Source: Faecalibaculum rodentium (lineage in GTDB: Bacteria; Bacillota_I; Bacilli_A; Erysipelotrichales; Erysipelotrichaceae). From it: a stretch of 32,000 nt of DNA. Every line of letters starts with the position of its first letter. The stretch's first letter is position 1. The DNA lies in assembly GCF_001564455.1 (NCBI RefSeq), contig NZ_CP011391.1, forward strand, positions 600,001 to 632,000, in the 5' to 3' direction. The translations under genes and the position numbers were made by a program. Of this stretch, positions 1 to 8,856 are shown piece after piece. Below the pieces are notes generated by a model that was not told the DNA's origin, did not search any database, and saw only the letters and a list, made by a program, of their open reading frames with translations.

Positions 1-955
1 TACAGATGATGCACACCTTGTCATCCGGTGTCCGTGCCAGGTCCTCATGGGACAGAAGCTGGGAATCCTTGATTTTGATGGTTCCCATTTTCCGCGCAAT
101 GTCCACGACATTTTCCATGGACCGTCCGAATACCGCCACCTTGCGTCCGGTGGCAAGGGCTGCCTCGATGATCTGCCCCACGCGGTAGACATTGGAGGCG
201 AATGTGGCAATGATCATGCGGTGTTTCGCGTTGCGCATGATGCCCATGATTTCCCGGGAGACATCCTTTTCGGAGATGGAGAAATCCTCCACACCGGCGT
301 TGGTGCTGTCCGACATGAGCAGCGTGGGCTTCAGTGCCCCGATGTAGGCCATTTTCTGGTAGTCCGCATTGCGGCCCACGGGCGTCAGGTCAAACTTGAA
401 GTCTCCGGTGTGCACGATGCTGCCGTTGGGGGTCGTGATGAGCACACCCAGGGAATCGGGGATGGAATGGATGGTGTCGAAGAATCCGACGGTGAAGTAC
501 TTGGCCCGGATCCGGTAGTCGGAATCGATTTCTATGATTTTCGTTTTCTCCAGACCCTTGTGCTCAGCCAGCTTTTTCTGGATCAGCGCCTTGGCGAACC
601 GCGGTGCATAGATTGCGTCGATGTTCACCTGCCGCAGCAGGAAGGGAATCCCGCCGATGTGGTCTTCATGGCCATGGGTGATGACCAGGATCTTCCGCTT
701 CTTGTCCTGGCGGATCAGGTGATGATAGTCGGGGATCACATAATCAATGCCCAGCAGTTCGTCGCCGGGAAACAGGACCCCGCAGTCCACGATGCAGATT
801 TCGTTCTCATGCTCGTAGCAGTACATGTTCTTGCCGACTTCTCCAAGACCGCCCAGGGCATAGACCAGTGTGTCGGTTTTGCGCACAGCTGTCTCGGGAC
901 GGGCAGGCAGGCCGGCTTCCTTATTATCATTCTTGTGTTTTTTGTATTCAGCCAT
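1..955 (-). CDS. rnj: Ribonuclease J, N-terminal ~318 codons (3' end lies beyond the left window edge)
   Basis: Minus-strand frame opens at ATG 955-953 and stays open to position 1. It reads MAEYKKHKNDNKEAGLPARPETAVRKTDTLVYALGGLGEVGKNMYCYEHENEICIVDCGVLFPGDELLGIDYVIPDYHHL...ILVITHGHEDHIGGIPFLLRQV. This has the metallo-beta-lactamase HxHxDH motif and an RNase J-type N-terminus. RBS-like GAAAGGA lies 6 nt upstream. The gene is absent from the ORF track because no stop codon lies in the window. Confidence 0.9.
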   Translation of the reverse strand, partial: MAEYKKHKNDNKEAGLPARPETAVRKTDTLVYALGGLGEVGKNMYCYEHENEICIVDCGVLFPGDELLGIDYVIPDYHHLIRQDKKRKILVITHGHEDHIGGIPFLLRQVNIDAIYAPRFAKALIQKKLAEHKGLEKTKIIEIDSDYRIRAKYFTVGFFDTIHSIPDSLGVLITTPNGSIVHTGDFKFDLTPVGRNADYQKMAYIGALKPTLLMSDSTNAGVEDFSISEKDVSREIMGIMRNAKHRMIIATFASNVYRVGQIIEAALATGRKVAVFGRSMENVVDIARKMGTIKIKDSQLLSHEDLARTPDDKVCIIC

Positions 956-987
956 TGTGAATCCTTTCTGAAATTATGTTCAGTTCA

Positions 988-996
988 TTATACCAT
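988..996 (-). promoter_or_regulatory. Candidate extended -10 promoter for rnj
   Basis: Minus strand reads TGgTATAAT (TG 996-995, TATAAT 993-988), about 30 nt upstream of the rnj ATG. The -35 region is weak. Confidence 0.5.
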
Positions 997-1089
997 ACGG
1001 CCCGGATCCAAAGCGGCTGGTGACAGACACGGCCATCCGCCGCTGCGGCAGAAAACAGGTATGCGGTTACATTCCTGCGCGGTTCCATC

Positions 1090-1124
1090 AAAAAAACGCC
1101 GGCCGGCTGTGGAGCCGGACGGCG
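1090..1124 (-). terminator. Rho-independent terminator downstream of def
   Basis: Plus strand shows AAAAAAA (1090-1096), then CGCCGGCCGGCT (1097-1108), GTGG, AGCCGGACGGCG (1113-1124). On the minus strand this is a 12-bp GC-rich stem (1 mismatch) with a tetraloop followed by a U7 tract, 22 nt after the def stop. Confidence 0.85.
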
Positions 1125-1145
1125 GGATGGAATCCGATAGCGATG

Positions 1146-1715
1146 TCAGTACACTTCCGCTTCCGGGTCTTCCTTCATGGGATTTTCTTTGTCAATCCGG
1201 TCATAGTACAGAATACCGGAGAGATGGTCGATTTCATGCTGCAGGCAGATGGCCAGGAATCCTTCGGCTGCAATGACGACATTCGCATCCTGCAGCAGGT
1301 CGTAGGCCCGGACTTTGATCCGTGCGTGCCGGAAGGCGTGACCTTCATGGTTTTCGAGCACCGAGAGACAGCCCTCCCCGCCTTCCAGATAGCTGTTCTG
1401 GACAGACTCGGAAATGATTTTCGGGTTGGCCAGCGCAAATTCCAGATTTTTTTCCGGATCTTCCGGATCAGGCACCACTACGGCAATGAGCTTCCGGGGC
1501 ACACCCACCTGGATCGCGGCAATGCCCACGGCCGGCTTCAGGTTCTCCGCCTCGGCCAGTTCCTCGTCCTGGGAATTGCGCACATACTCCAGGAGTCCCT
1601 GCAGCAGTTCGGCATCCTCTGCTTCCAGAGGCAGGGGAACCGGGACACTTTTTTCCCGGATCCGGGGATCGGTATCTGTAATGATCTGTTCTGTGGTTAT
1701 CTTCATGCAATCCAT
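1146..1715 (-). CDS. def: Peptide deformylase
   Basis: 189-aa ORF with the three PDF motifs: GIAAIQVG, EGCLS and QHEIDH. The true start may be the second ATG (1706, MKITTEQ...). Confidence 0.95.
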   Translation of the reverse strand: MDCMKITTEQIITDTDPRIREKSVPVPLPLEAEDAELLQGLLEYVRNSQDEELAEAENLKPAVGIAAIQVGVPRKLIAVVVPDPEDPEKNLEFALANPKIISESVQNSYLEGGEGCLSVLENHEGHAFRHARIKVRAYDLLQDANVVIAAEGFLAICLQHEIDHLSGILYYDRIDKENPMKEDPEAEVY

Positions 1716-1745
1716 TTTACGTCATTTTTCCCCCTCTCTCAATTA

Positions 1746-1758
1746 TGGTATTATGACA
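1746..1758. promoter_or_regulatory. Candidate bidirectional promoter: overlapping extended -10 boxes for ftsW/rodA (+) and def (-)
   Basis: Plus strand: TGgTATTAT (TG 1746-47, hexamer 1749-54), 28 nt before ATG 1782. Minus strand: TGtCATAAT (TG 1758-57, hexamer 1755-50), 35 nt before ATG 1715. The two hexamers occupy the same 7 bp on opposite strands. Both -35 regions are weak. Confidence 0.45.
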
Positions 1759-1781
1759 TGAGCTCATAAGGGGGTGTGTGC

Positions 1782-3089
1782 ATGCAGAAAGCAACGGGGA
1801 AACAGAGGGAAAAGCTCACTCTGAAACTCCACAGCGGGTATGACCGGGGGCTGATGGCCGCCGTCTGGATCCTGATCATTTTCGGGACCTGCATGATCGC
1901 CTCCACGGCAGTGGGGCAGACCACATCCAATGCCAGGGCCGTTCTCGTGACCCTGGGAAAACAGATGGTGTTCATCCTCATCAGCTACCTGGCCATGTGG
2001 GGCATGAACCGCTGGTTCACCATCCAGCGGTTCAGCAGCCTGAAATGGCTGATCATCGGCGTGTATTTCCTGCTCATGGCATTGTGCTTCGCGTTTCCGG
2101 CGGTCAACGGATCGCAGGCGTGGATCAACCTGCGCGTCATGACCATCCAGCCCTCCGAGTTCGGAAAACCCCTGATGATCCTGCTGGTGGCGTCCTCGGT
2201 CTGGACCATGCGGCGGCATCCGCACCTGAAAGTCACATACGGGCAGTATTTCCGCATCCCGCTGCTGTTCCTTCTGGTGGATGTCCTGCTGCTGGTGATG
2301 CAGCGTGACTTCGGGACCATGACGATCACCGTCGGCATTTATCTTCTATGCGCGACGATCCCCGATCACAGGGGGATCCGGAAGTGGCAGCGCAACACCC
2401 TGCTTGCCATTGCCCTTGTGGTGATCACAGTGGCGGTGCTGATGTATTCCGGCGTTCTGGCGCAGATCCTGGAGTCCATTCCCGGGCTGCACCACATCGG
2501 TGTCCGGATCGAGAACACAGTCAATCCCTATACAGATATATATGGAGACGGCTACCAGCCTGCCAATGCGCTGTACGGGATCGGATCGTCGAACATCCTG
2601 GGGCGCGGGTTCGGGAACTCTGCACGGAAATACGGCTATCTCACCCAGGCGGACAATGACTATATCCTGGCGGTGATCATAGAGGAACTCGGCATTTTCG
2701 GGCTGGGGCTGCTGGTGGCGTGCTATGGCGTGATTGAATACAAGCTGTTCGGCTATGCCCTGAAGACCCGGGATACGGTGAACAAAGTGATCCTGGCGGG
2801 CACCGGCACGTATTTCTTCCTGCACTTCCTGCTCAATGTGGGCGGAGTGTCGGGGCTCATTCCCATGACAGGCATTCCCCTGCTGTTCATTTCCTCCGGC
2901 GGTTCCAGCCTGCTGGCGGCTTCTGTCAGCATCGGCATGTGCCAGCAGGTCATTTCCCGGATCCGGCACAGGGAGCTGAACCGGCGGGTGCCCGAGGTGG
3001 AATTCACACAGATCCGGATCGGGGAACAGGCTGCAGCCGGCAGCGGGTATGAGACCCGGAAAGAGAGGAGGGACAGGCGATGGCAGTGA
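1782..3089 (+). CDS. SEDS-family peptidoglycan glycosyltransferase (FtsW/RodA/SpoVE family)
   Basis: Polytopic membrane protein with SEDS hallmarks IQPSEFGKPLMIL, RDFGT and TGIPLLFISSGGSSLL. RBS AAGGGGG (1769-1775) precedes ATG 1782; the track start at 1776 is a GTG two codons upstream. It has a charged C-terminal tail of about 45 aa. FtsW and RodA cannot be told apart from sequence alone. Confidence 0.88.
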   Translation: MQKATGKQREKLTLKLHSGYDRGLMAAVWILIIFGTCMIASTAVGQTTSNARAVLVTLGKQMVFILISYLAMWGMNRWFTIQRFSSLKWLIIGVYFLLMALCFAFPAVNGSQAWINLRVMTIQPSEFGKPLMILLVASSVWTMRRHPHLKVTYGQYFRIPLLFLLVDVLLLVMQRDFGTMTITVGIYLLCATIPDHRGIRKWQRNTLLAIALVVITVAVLMYSGVLAQILESIPGLHHIGVRIENTVNPYTDIYGDGYQPANALYGIGSSNILGRGFGNSARKYGYLTQADNDYILAVIIEELGIFGLGLLVACYGVIEYKLFGYALKTRDTVNKVILAGTGTYFFLHFLLNVGGVSGLIPMTGIPLLFISSGGSSLLAASVSIGMCQQVISRIRHRELNRRVPEVEFTQIRIGEQAAAGSGYETRKERRDRRWQ

Positions 3090-3628
3090 AAGCGGCATTC
3101 TGCGGGACATTCGATCCCGTGACCAACGGGCATCTGGCTCTCATCGAGCGCGCCGCGGCGCAGTTTGATTTCCTCACTGTGGTGGTCTCCCCGAACTCTT
3201 CCAAGCAGTGTCTGCTTTCTGCAGACGAGAGACGCACCCTGCTGGAGCAGTCCGTGGCGCACCTGCCCAATGTCTCTGTCATGCAGTTTGAGGGACTGGC
3301 CACGGAAGCTGCCCGCAAAGCAGGAGCATCGGTCCTGGTCCGCGGCCTGCGCGGGGCGGTGGATGCCGACTATGAATACAATATGGCTCAGATGAACCGG
3401 CGGATCGCACCGGAGATCGAGACCGTCCTGCTGTTTTCGGATCCGGAAACAGCCCTGATTTCCAGCTCCAATGTGCGGGAACTGCTCAGGTACCATCTGC
3501 CAGTGGATGACCTCGTGCCGCTGCCGGTCAATGCGTGGCTGCAGGAGCAGTCTCTGGCTGCGGATACGGACACTCATCAGGAATCAGCTGCAGGGAATCA
3601 TCTGCAATCAAAGGAGGAAGGGAAATGA
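3080..3628 (+). CDS. coaD: Phosphopantetheine adenylyltransferase
   Basis: N-terminal GTFDPVTNGHLALIERA (the GxFDPxTxGH nucleotidyltransferase motif) and ISSSNVRE near the C-terminus. RBS AGGAGG (3066-3071). Overlaps the upstream SEDS gene by 10 nt. It carries a low-complexity C-terminal tail of about 25 aa that canonical CoaD (~160 aa) lacks. Confidence 0.9.
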   Translation: MAVKAAFCGTFDPVTNGHLALIERAAAQFDFLTVVVSPNSSKQCLLSADERRTLLEQSVAHLPNVSVMQFEGLATEAARKAGASVLVRGLRGAVDADYEYNMAQMNRRIAPEIETVLLFSDPETALISSSNVRELLRYHLPVDDLVPLPVNAWLQEQSLAADTDTHQESAAGNHLQSKEEGK

Positions 3629-4302
3629 ACACAATCACTGACTGGCTCGAAGAGAGGGGCTTTCACCCGGTGAACCGGGATCTGTACAGGGAGGCGTGCA
3701 CACATTCCTCCTATGCCAATGAACATCACTGTCCGGACAACGAGCGTCTGGAATTCATGGGGGATGCGGTGCTCCAGGTCTGGAGTGCCGACAAGCTCTT
3801 TCATATGGAACCGCCGCTGCCGGAGGGCAGGATGACGACCCTGCGGGCGCAGATCGTCTGCGAGTCCACACTGGCAAGGCTCAGCGAACGCTATGGCTGG
3901 AACCGGTTTCTGCTCCTGGGAGTGGGTGAAGAACGCACCGGAGGCCGTACACGCAAAAGTCTGATGGCGGACCACTTCGAGGCATGCCTGGGTGCGCTGT
4001 ATCTCGATCTGGGGTATCCGGCGGCAGCGAGGCTGCTGGATGAAATCATGCTGCCCGAGTTCACGGCGGAAAAAGGGGAAGACGTGACGGATTACAAGAG
4101 CCATCTGCAGGAAGTCGTCCAGGCGGATTCCCGCCGGACACTGGAGTACCGGCTGCTGTCGGAATCCGGTCCGGCCAATGCCCCGACCTTCACCATGGGG
4201 GTATATCTGGATGACATCCTGATGGGATCGGGCACCGCTGCGTCCAAGAAGCGGGCCGAGCAGAAAGCGGCCCGGGATGCCTTTGAGAAAATGGCCAGGT
4301 AG
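3625..4302 (+). CDS. rnc: Ribonuclease III
   Basis: RNase III signature ERLEFMGDAVLQ, the catalytic region DHFEACLGALYLD, and a C-terminal dsRBD (DYKSHLQE...GSGTAASKKRAEQKAARDAFEKM). RBS AAGGAGGA (3611-3618) precedes ATG 3625, which overlaps the coaD stop (ATGA). The track start at 3535 lies inside coaD and is unlikely. Confidence 0.92.
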   Translation: MNTITDWLEERGFHPVNRDLYREACTHSSYANEHHCPDNERLEFMGDAVLQVWSADKLFHMEPPLPEGRMTTLRAQIVCESTLARLSERYGWNRFLLLGVGEERTGGRTRKSLMADHFEACLGALYLDLGYPAAARLLDEIMLPEFTAEKGEDVTDYKSHLQEVVQADSRRTLEYRLLSESGPANAPTFTMGVYLDDILMGSGTAASKKRAEQKAARDAFEKMAR

Positions 4303-4306
4303 CGTC

Positions 4307-7300
4307 ATGGATCGGAAAGTTCAGAATACAGACGAATCCCGGGACGACCTCGGATTTCTGGCGCTGCTGGCCCCGGAAATCCGGGGTTCTTTCACCGCAG
4401 CGGGGTGGAGCCATCCGCCTGTATGGCATGAAAAGAGCCGGAAGCTCGACCTGGTGCTCTCCAGTCCCGCACCCCTGCCATTCCAGGCCTATGAAGCGCT
4501 TCTGACCGCCCTGCGGCTGCGGTTTCACTGCAGTGTGGACCTGAAGGTGGAAGCAGAAGATCCGAAAGCGGATCTCAGCGTCCTTGACAGCTACATTTCC
4601 TGGCTGGTCTCCACCCGCCGGGACCTGGCGGCGTTTCAGTCCGTGCATCCCTGGTTCTCGGAAGAAACCATCTGGTTTTCCACGCGCGATGAAGAAAAGC
4701 ACGCACAGATGATGCACGCAAGGAAAGCCCTTGTCGAGGCCCTGGCGGCCTGCGGCTTTGCCTGTGAACCAGGTGTAAAGCTCGAAACGGAGACCCGTCC
4801 GGATGTGGAGACCAATGTCCTGGACCTGCCGGAACCTGTCAGGGAAGCGGTGCCGGAGAAAAAAAGCTGGAAGCGTGAAGCGGCCAGTGAAGTCAGGATC
4901 CAGGATCTGCAGGTGGGCATGGACAATGTGCAGGTGGAAGGTCATATATTCGAGATCGAAAACCGGCAGCTGAGGTCTGGCAAGACCCTCCAGATGCTGT
5001 ATCTGTCCGATTACGAAGAAGCCATTGTCTGCAAGCGGTTTGAAAGCGCGCGCTGTCCGCTGGAAGAACTGGAATCCGTGAAAAAGGGAATGACAGTCCG
5101 CGTGACAGGACGGGTGGAATATGACAATTATGCCCATACAGACACCCTGATGATCAGCCGGCTGGAACCCGTCGCTGCAAAGAAACGCGTGGACCGGGCG
5201 CCGGTGAAGCGGACGGAATTCCATGCCCACTCCACATTCTCGGAAATGGACGGGGTGTCAGCCGTTGAAGACTACATCCAGCAGGCCTGGGACTGGGGCA
5301 TGCCGGGCATTGCCGTGACGGACCACGCTGTCGTTCAGGCTTTCCCGCTGGCTCAGCACAAAGTCACGGCCCTGAAGAAAACCGATCCCGACCGGGACTT
5401 CACGATGATTTACGGCTGCGAGATGAATGTCGTGGATCCGGTGTATCACATCGTCAGACATCCGGATGAACGGAGTCTGGATCGTGCAGACTATGTCATT
5501 TTCGACCTCGAGACCACGGGTCTGTCCAGCCGGGAGGATGCCATCATCGAATTCGGTGCCGTGAAGATGAAGGACCGGGAAATCGTGGACCGGCGCCAGC
5601 TGTTCATCAATCCCCACCGCACGATCCCTGCCCGGATCAGCCAGCTGACCCATATCTCGCAGTCCGATGTGGACAGTGCCGCTTCCATTGAAGAAGTGCT
5701 GCCCGGTCTGCTGGACTGGATCGGGGATGCAGTGCTCGTGGCCCACAATGCGGTGTTCGATGTGGGGTTCCTGAATGCGGCCTGCACCCGGATGGGGCGG
5801 GCACCGCTGGACAATGCAGTGATTGACACCCTGCCGCTGGCCCATTCGATCCTGGACATCAAACGGTACAACCTGGGCAGTGTCTGCCGGCACTATGGCG
5901 TGGCCTATGACGGAGAAGGTGCCCACCGTGCGGATTATGATGCCGAGGTGCTGGCCGGGGTGTTCGGCCGGATGCTGAATCAGTTCGAAGGAAAGACCCT
6001 GCAGGACCTGACGCAGCTGGACCAGTCGTCGGCCATGCGCAAACTCCGGCCGTTTCATGCCACGGTCTATGCCAGAAACAAGGAAGGCCTGAAATCGCTC
6101 TTCGAGCTCATCACCCTGTCCCATACCAGGTATCTTTCTCCGGGCGGCGAGCCCCGGATCCCGAAACAGGTGCTCGCAGATCACCGGGAGAATCTCCTGA
6201 TTGGCTCTGCCTGCCAGAACGGAGAGCTGTTTGAACTGGCCCATACCCGGTCCAGGGAGGAACTGGAGGCGGCCGTGCCGTTTTACGACTTCGTGGAAGT
6301 CCAGCCCCTTGCCTGCTACAAGAACCTGGTGGACCGGGGCACAGTGGCCGATGCGGATCAGCTGAAAACCTTCCTGCAGTATCTGATGGATGCGGCAAAA
6401 GCCTGTGGAAAGCCGGTGCTGGCCACCGGGGATGCCCATTACGTTCATCCGCATGACAAGCGGATCCGGGACATCTACATCAATTCCAAGGCCATCGGCA
6501 ACAGCCGCCACCCGCTGTACAAATACAACGCCCAGGAGCGGCGCCTGCTCTCCAACCCCGACCAGCACCTGCGGACCACGGAGGAAATGCTGGAGGATTT
6601 CGACTGGCTGCCGGCGACACAGGCCGAGGAAATCGTGATCACGAACCCGGAGAAGCTGCGCAGGGAAATCGAGACCATCTATCCGGTCAAGGACCGGCTG
6701 TACCCACCTGACATCGAGGGGTCGGACCAGAAGCTGCGGGATATCTGTTTTGACACGGCCCACAAAGTGTATGGACCGGATCTTCCGGAGATCGTGGAAA
6801 AGCGCCTGGACCGGGAACTGGATTCCATCATAGGCGCGGGGTATTACGTCGTATACTACATCTCCCACCTGCTGGTGAAGAAAAGCAACGAAGACGGATA
6901 CCTGGTCGGCTCCCGGGGATCGGTGGGGTCCAGTTTTGTGGCGACAATGTCCAATATCACGGAAGTGAATCCGCTGACGCCGCACTACATCTGCAAAAAC
7001 TGTCAGTACTGCGAGTGGATCTCGGATGACAAAGTCAAGTCGGGCTTCGACCTGCCGGACAAAGAATGTCCGCACTGCGGGTCTGTCATGCGTGGTGACG
7101 GGCAGGACATCCCCTTTGAGACCTTCCTGGGATTCAATGGCGACAAGGTTCCGGATATCGATCTGAACTTCTCCGGGGAATACCAGGCAAAGGCCCATGC
7201 CTACACCAAGGAAGTATTCGGGGAGGACCATGTGTTCCGGGCGGGAACCGTGGGCACGGTGCAGGAAAAAACCGCCTATGGCTATGTCAAGGGCTATGAG

Positions 7301-8602
7301 GAGGAAATGGGTCTGGAGGCCACGCCGTACAACGAGGCCAAGCGCACGGATCTCGCAAAGGGATGCGAAGGAGTCAAGCGGACCACCGGTCAGCACCCGG
7401 GCGGGATCGTCGTGGTGCCTCTGGACATGGATGTGCATGACTTCACACCCGTGCAGTATCCGGCCAACAACCCGGATGCCGAGTGGAAAACCACGCATTT
7501 CGATTTCCACCAGATCCATGACAATATCCTGAAATTCGACATCCTGGGACATGTGGATCCTACGGCAATGAAACTCTTCGAGCGGATGACCGGCATGGAT
7601 GTGACGACGATCCCCATGAACGATCCGGAGACCATGGCGATCTTTTCCGGGATCGACTCCCTGAACATCGATTCCTCAAGGTATGACCAGAAAACCGGAG
7701 CGGCGGGGATTCCGGAATTCGGCACGCCGTTTGTCCGGGGGATCCTGGAACTGACAAAACCCACGACGTTTGCGGAACTTGTCTCGATTTCAGGTCTGTC
7801 CCATGGCACGGATGTGTGGCTGAACAACGCCAAGGACCTGATCGACAATGGCACCTGTGTCCTGTCGGAGGTCATCGGGTGCCGGGATGACATCATGATC
7901 GACCTGATGAACTACGGCCTTCCGCCGAAGGATTCATTCACCATCATGGAAAGCGTGCGGAAGGGCAAAGGCCTGAAACCCGAGTGGGAGAAACTGATGA
8001 AGGACAACAGTGTGCCGGACTGGTTCATCGACTCCTGCAAGAAAATCAAGTACATGTTCCCGAAAGCCCATGCTGTGGCGTATGTCATGAACGCCGTGCG
8101 GATCGCGTGGTTCAAGGTGCATATGCCGGTGTATTATTACTGCCAGTTTTTCTCCATCCGCTGTGATGCCTATGACATCGGTGTCATGATGCAGGGAGAA
8201 GGGGCAATCCGGGAACGCATGAACGGGATCCGGGCCATGCGCGACAACAAGACGGAGAAGCCTTCGGACAAGGAACTGGCCATTTACGATACGCTGGAGC
8301 TTGCGCTGGAAATGGTGCTCCGGGGTTACCGGTTTTCGCGGATCAGCATGGAGCGCTCCGATGCCACGGAATTCATTCCCGACCCGGAGGATGAAAAGGC
8401 CATCATTCCGCCATTCACGTCCGTCGACGGCCTGGGCGCAAACGTCGGAAAATCAGTTGTGGCTGCCCGGACAGAGCGTCCCTTTCTGTCCAAGGAAGAC
8501 GTGCTGCGGCGGACACAGCTTTCGCGGACGCTTCTGGACAAACTGGATTCTCTGGGAGCCTGTCAGGACCTGGATGAGGAAAACCAGATGACGCTGTTCT
8601 GA
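4307..8602 (+). CDS. polC: DNA polymerase III alpha subunit, PolC type (Gram-positive replicase with intrinsic 3'-5' exonuclease)
   Basis: ~1431 aa. Contains the PHP motif EFHAHSTFSEMDG and DEDDh exonuclease motifs YVIFDLETTGLS, VAHNAVFDVGFL and HRADYDAEV. Also has the zinc module CKNCQYCEW...CPHCG and the polymerase core (GSVGSSFVA, PDIDLNF, KFDILGH). The likely start is ATG 4307, 4 nt after the rnc stop; the track start at 4277 overlaps rnc. Confidence 0.95.
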   Translation: MDRKVQNTDESRDDLGFLALLAPEIRGSFTAAGWSHPPVWHEKSRKLDLVLSSPAPLPFQAYEALLTALRLRFHCSVDLKVEAEDPKADLSVLDSYISWLVSTRRDLAAFQSVHPWFSEETIWFSTRDEEKHAQMMHARKALVEALAACGFACEPGVKLETETRPDVETNVLDLPEPVREAVPEKKSWKREAASEVRIQDLQVGMDNVQVEGHIFEIENRQLRSGKTLQMLYLSDYEEAIVCKRFESARCPLEELESVKKGMTVRVTGRVEYDNYAHTDTLMISRLEPVAAKKRVDRAPVKRTEFHAHSTFSEMDGVSAVEDYIQQAWDWGMPGIAVTDHAVVQAFPLAQHKVTALKKTDPDRDFTMIYGCEMNVVDPVYHIVRHPDERSLDRADYVIFDLETTGLSSREDAIIEFGAVKMKDREIVDRRQLFINPHRTIPARISQLTHISQSDVDSAASIEEVLPGLLDWIGDAVLVAHNAVFDVGFLNAACTRMGRAPLDNAVIDTLPLAHSILDIKRYNLGSVCRHYGVAYDGEGAHRADYDAEVLAGVFGRMLNQFEGKTLQDLTQLDQSSAMRKLRPFHATVYARNKEGLKSLFELITLSHTRYLSPGGEPRIPKQVLADHRENLLIGSACQNGELFELAHTRSREELEAAVPFYDFVEVQPLACYKNLVDRGTVADADQLKTFLQYLMDAAKACGKPVLATGDAHYVHPHDKRIRDIYINSKAIGNSRHPLYKYNAQERRLLSNPDQHLRTTEEMLEDFDWLPATQAEEIVITNPEKLRREIETIYPVKDRLYPPDIEGSDQKLRDICFDTAHKVYGPDLPEIVEKRLDRELDSIIGAGYYVVYYISHLLVKKSNEDGYLVGSRGSVGSSFVATMSNITEVNPLTPHYICKNCQYCEWISDDKVKSGFDLPDKECPHCGSVMRGDGQDIPFETFLGFNGDKVPDIDLNFSGEYQAKAHAYTKEVFGEDHVFRAGTVGTVQEKTAYGYVKGYEEEMGLEATPYNEAKRTDLAKGCEGVKRTTGQHPGGIVVVPLDMDVHDFTPVQYPANNPDAEWKTTHFDFHQIHDNILKFDILGHVDPTAMKLFERMTGMDVTTIPMNDPETMAIFSGIDSLNIDSSRYDQKTGAAGIPEFGTPFVRGILELTKPTTFAELVSISGLSHGTDVWLNNAKDLIDNGTCVLSEVIGCRDDIMIDLMNYGLPPKDSFTIMESVRKGKGLKPEWEKLMKDNSVPDWFIDSCKKIKYMFPKAHAVAYVMNAVRIAWFKVHMPVYYYCQFFSIRCDAYDIGVMMQGEGAIRERMNGIRAMRDNKTEKPSDKELAIYDTLELALEMVLRGYRFSRISMERSDATEFIPDPEDEKAIIPPFTSVDGLGANVGKSVVAARTERPFLSKEDVLRRTQLSRTLLDKLDSLGACQDLDEENQMTLF

Positions 8603-8647
8603 CTGTCTCCTGCCTTCCTGCCTGTCTGGCGCAGCCGCAGGAGACAG
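8603..8647 (+). terminator. Hairpin immediately after the polC stop (possible terminator or 3' stabiliser; no U-tract)
   Basis: CTGTCTCCTGC (8603-8613) pairs perfectly with GCAGGAGACAG (8637-8647) across a 23-nt loop. A second hairpin follows: ACCGGCAG (8650-8657) with CTGCCGGT (8673-8680). Neither is followed by a T-run. Confidence 0.3.
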
Positions 8648-8856
8648 GAACCGGCAGAGAGAACCTGGTTTCCTGCCGGTATCCTCAAAGCCGGTGGAGT
8701 CAGGAACGGTCTGCGGAAAACGGACGGCGAGGGCGAAACTGCTGGATGTGTTCTTTACAATCATGAATTTGTAAGAGTCAGCTGATGTTTTGAAGAAGGA
8801 AAACTGTATCATTAAAAGATGAAACCGGCCCTGCCGGAGGCAAAGGGGGATGCAGG

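Noticed and set aside
47-1276. 409-aa plus-strand ORF, the longest ORF in the track at the left edge
   Set aside because: It is antisense to the clear RNase J frame (1-955, minus) and runs through the def terminator. Its translation is low-complexity (G/D/H/V-rich) with no recognisable motif. This is the typical shadow ORF of GC-rich coding DNA.
1716-1730. Mini-ORF ATG-ACG-TAA overlapping a restart (TAAAATG) in the def leader on the minus strand
   Set aside because: It is only two codons long and has no supporting structure or conservation evidence. It is more simply explained as chance sequence between the RBS and the def start.
5258-7552. 764-aa minus-strand ORF
   Set aside because: It lies entirely antisense to polC, whose frame carries unmistakable PHP, exonuclease and polymerase motifs. 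The translation is R/G/H/P-rich with no motifs.
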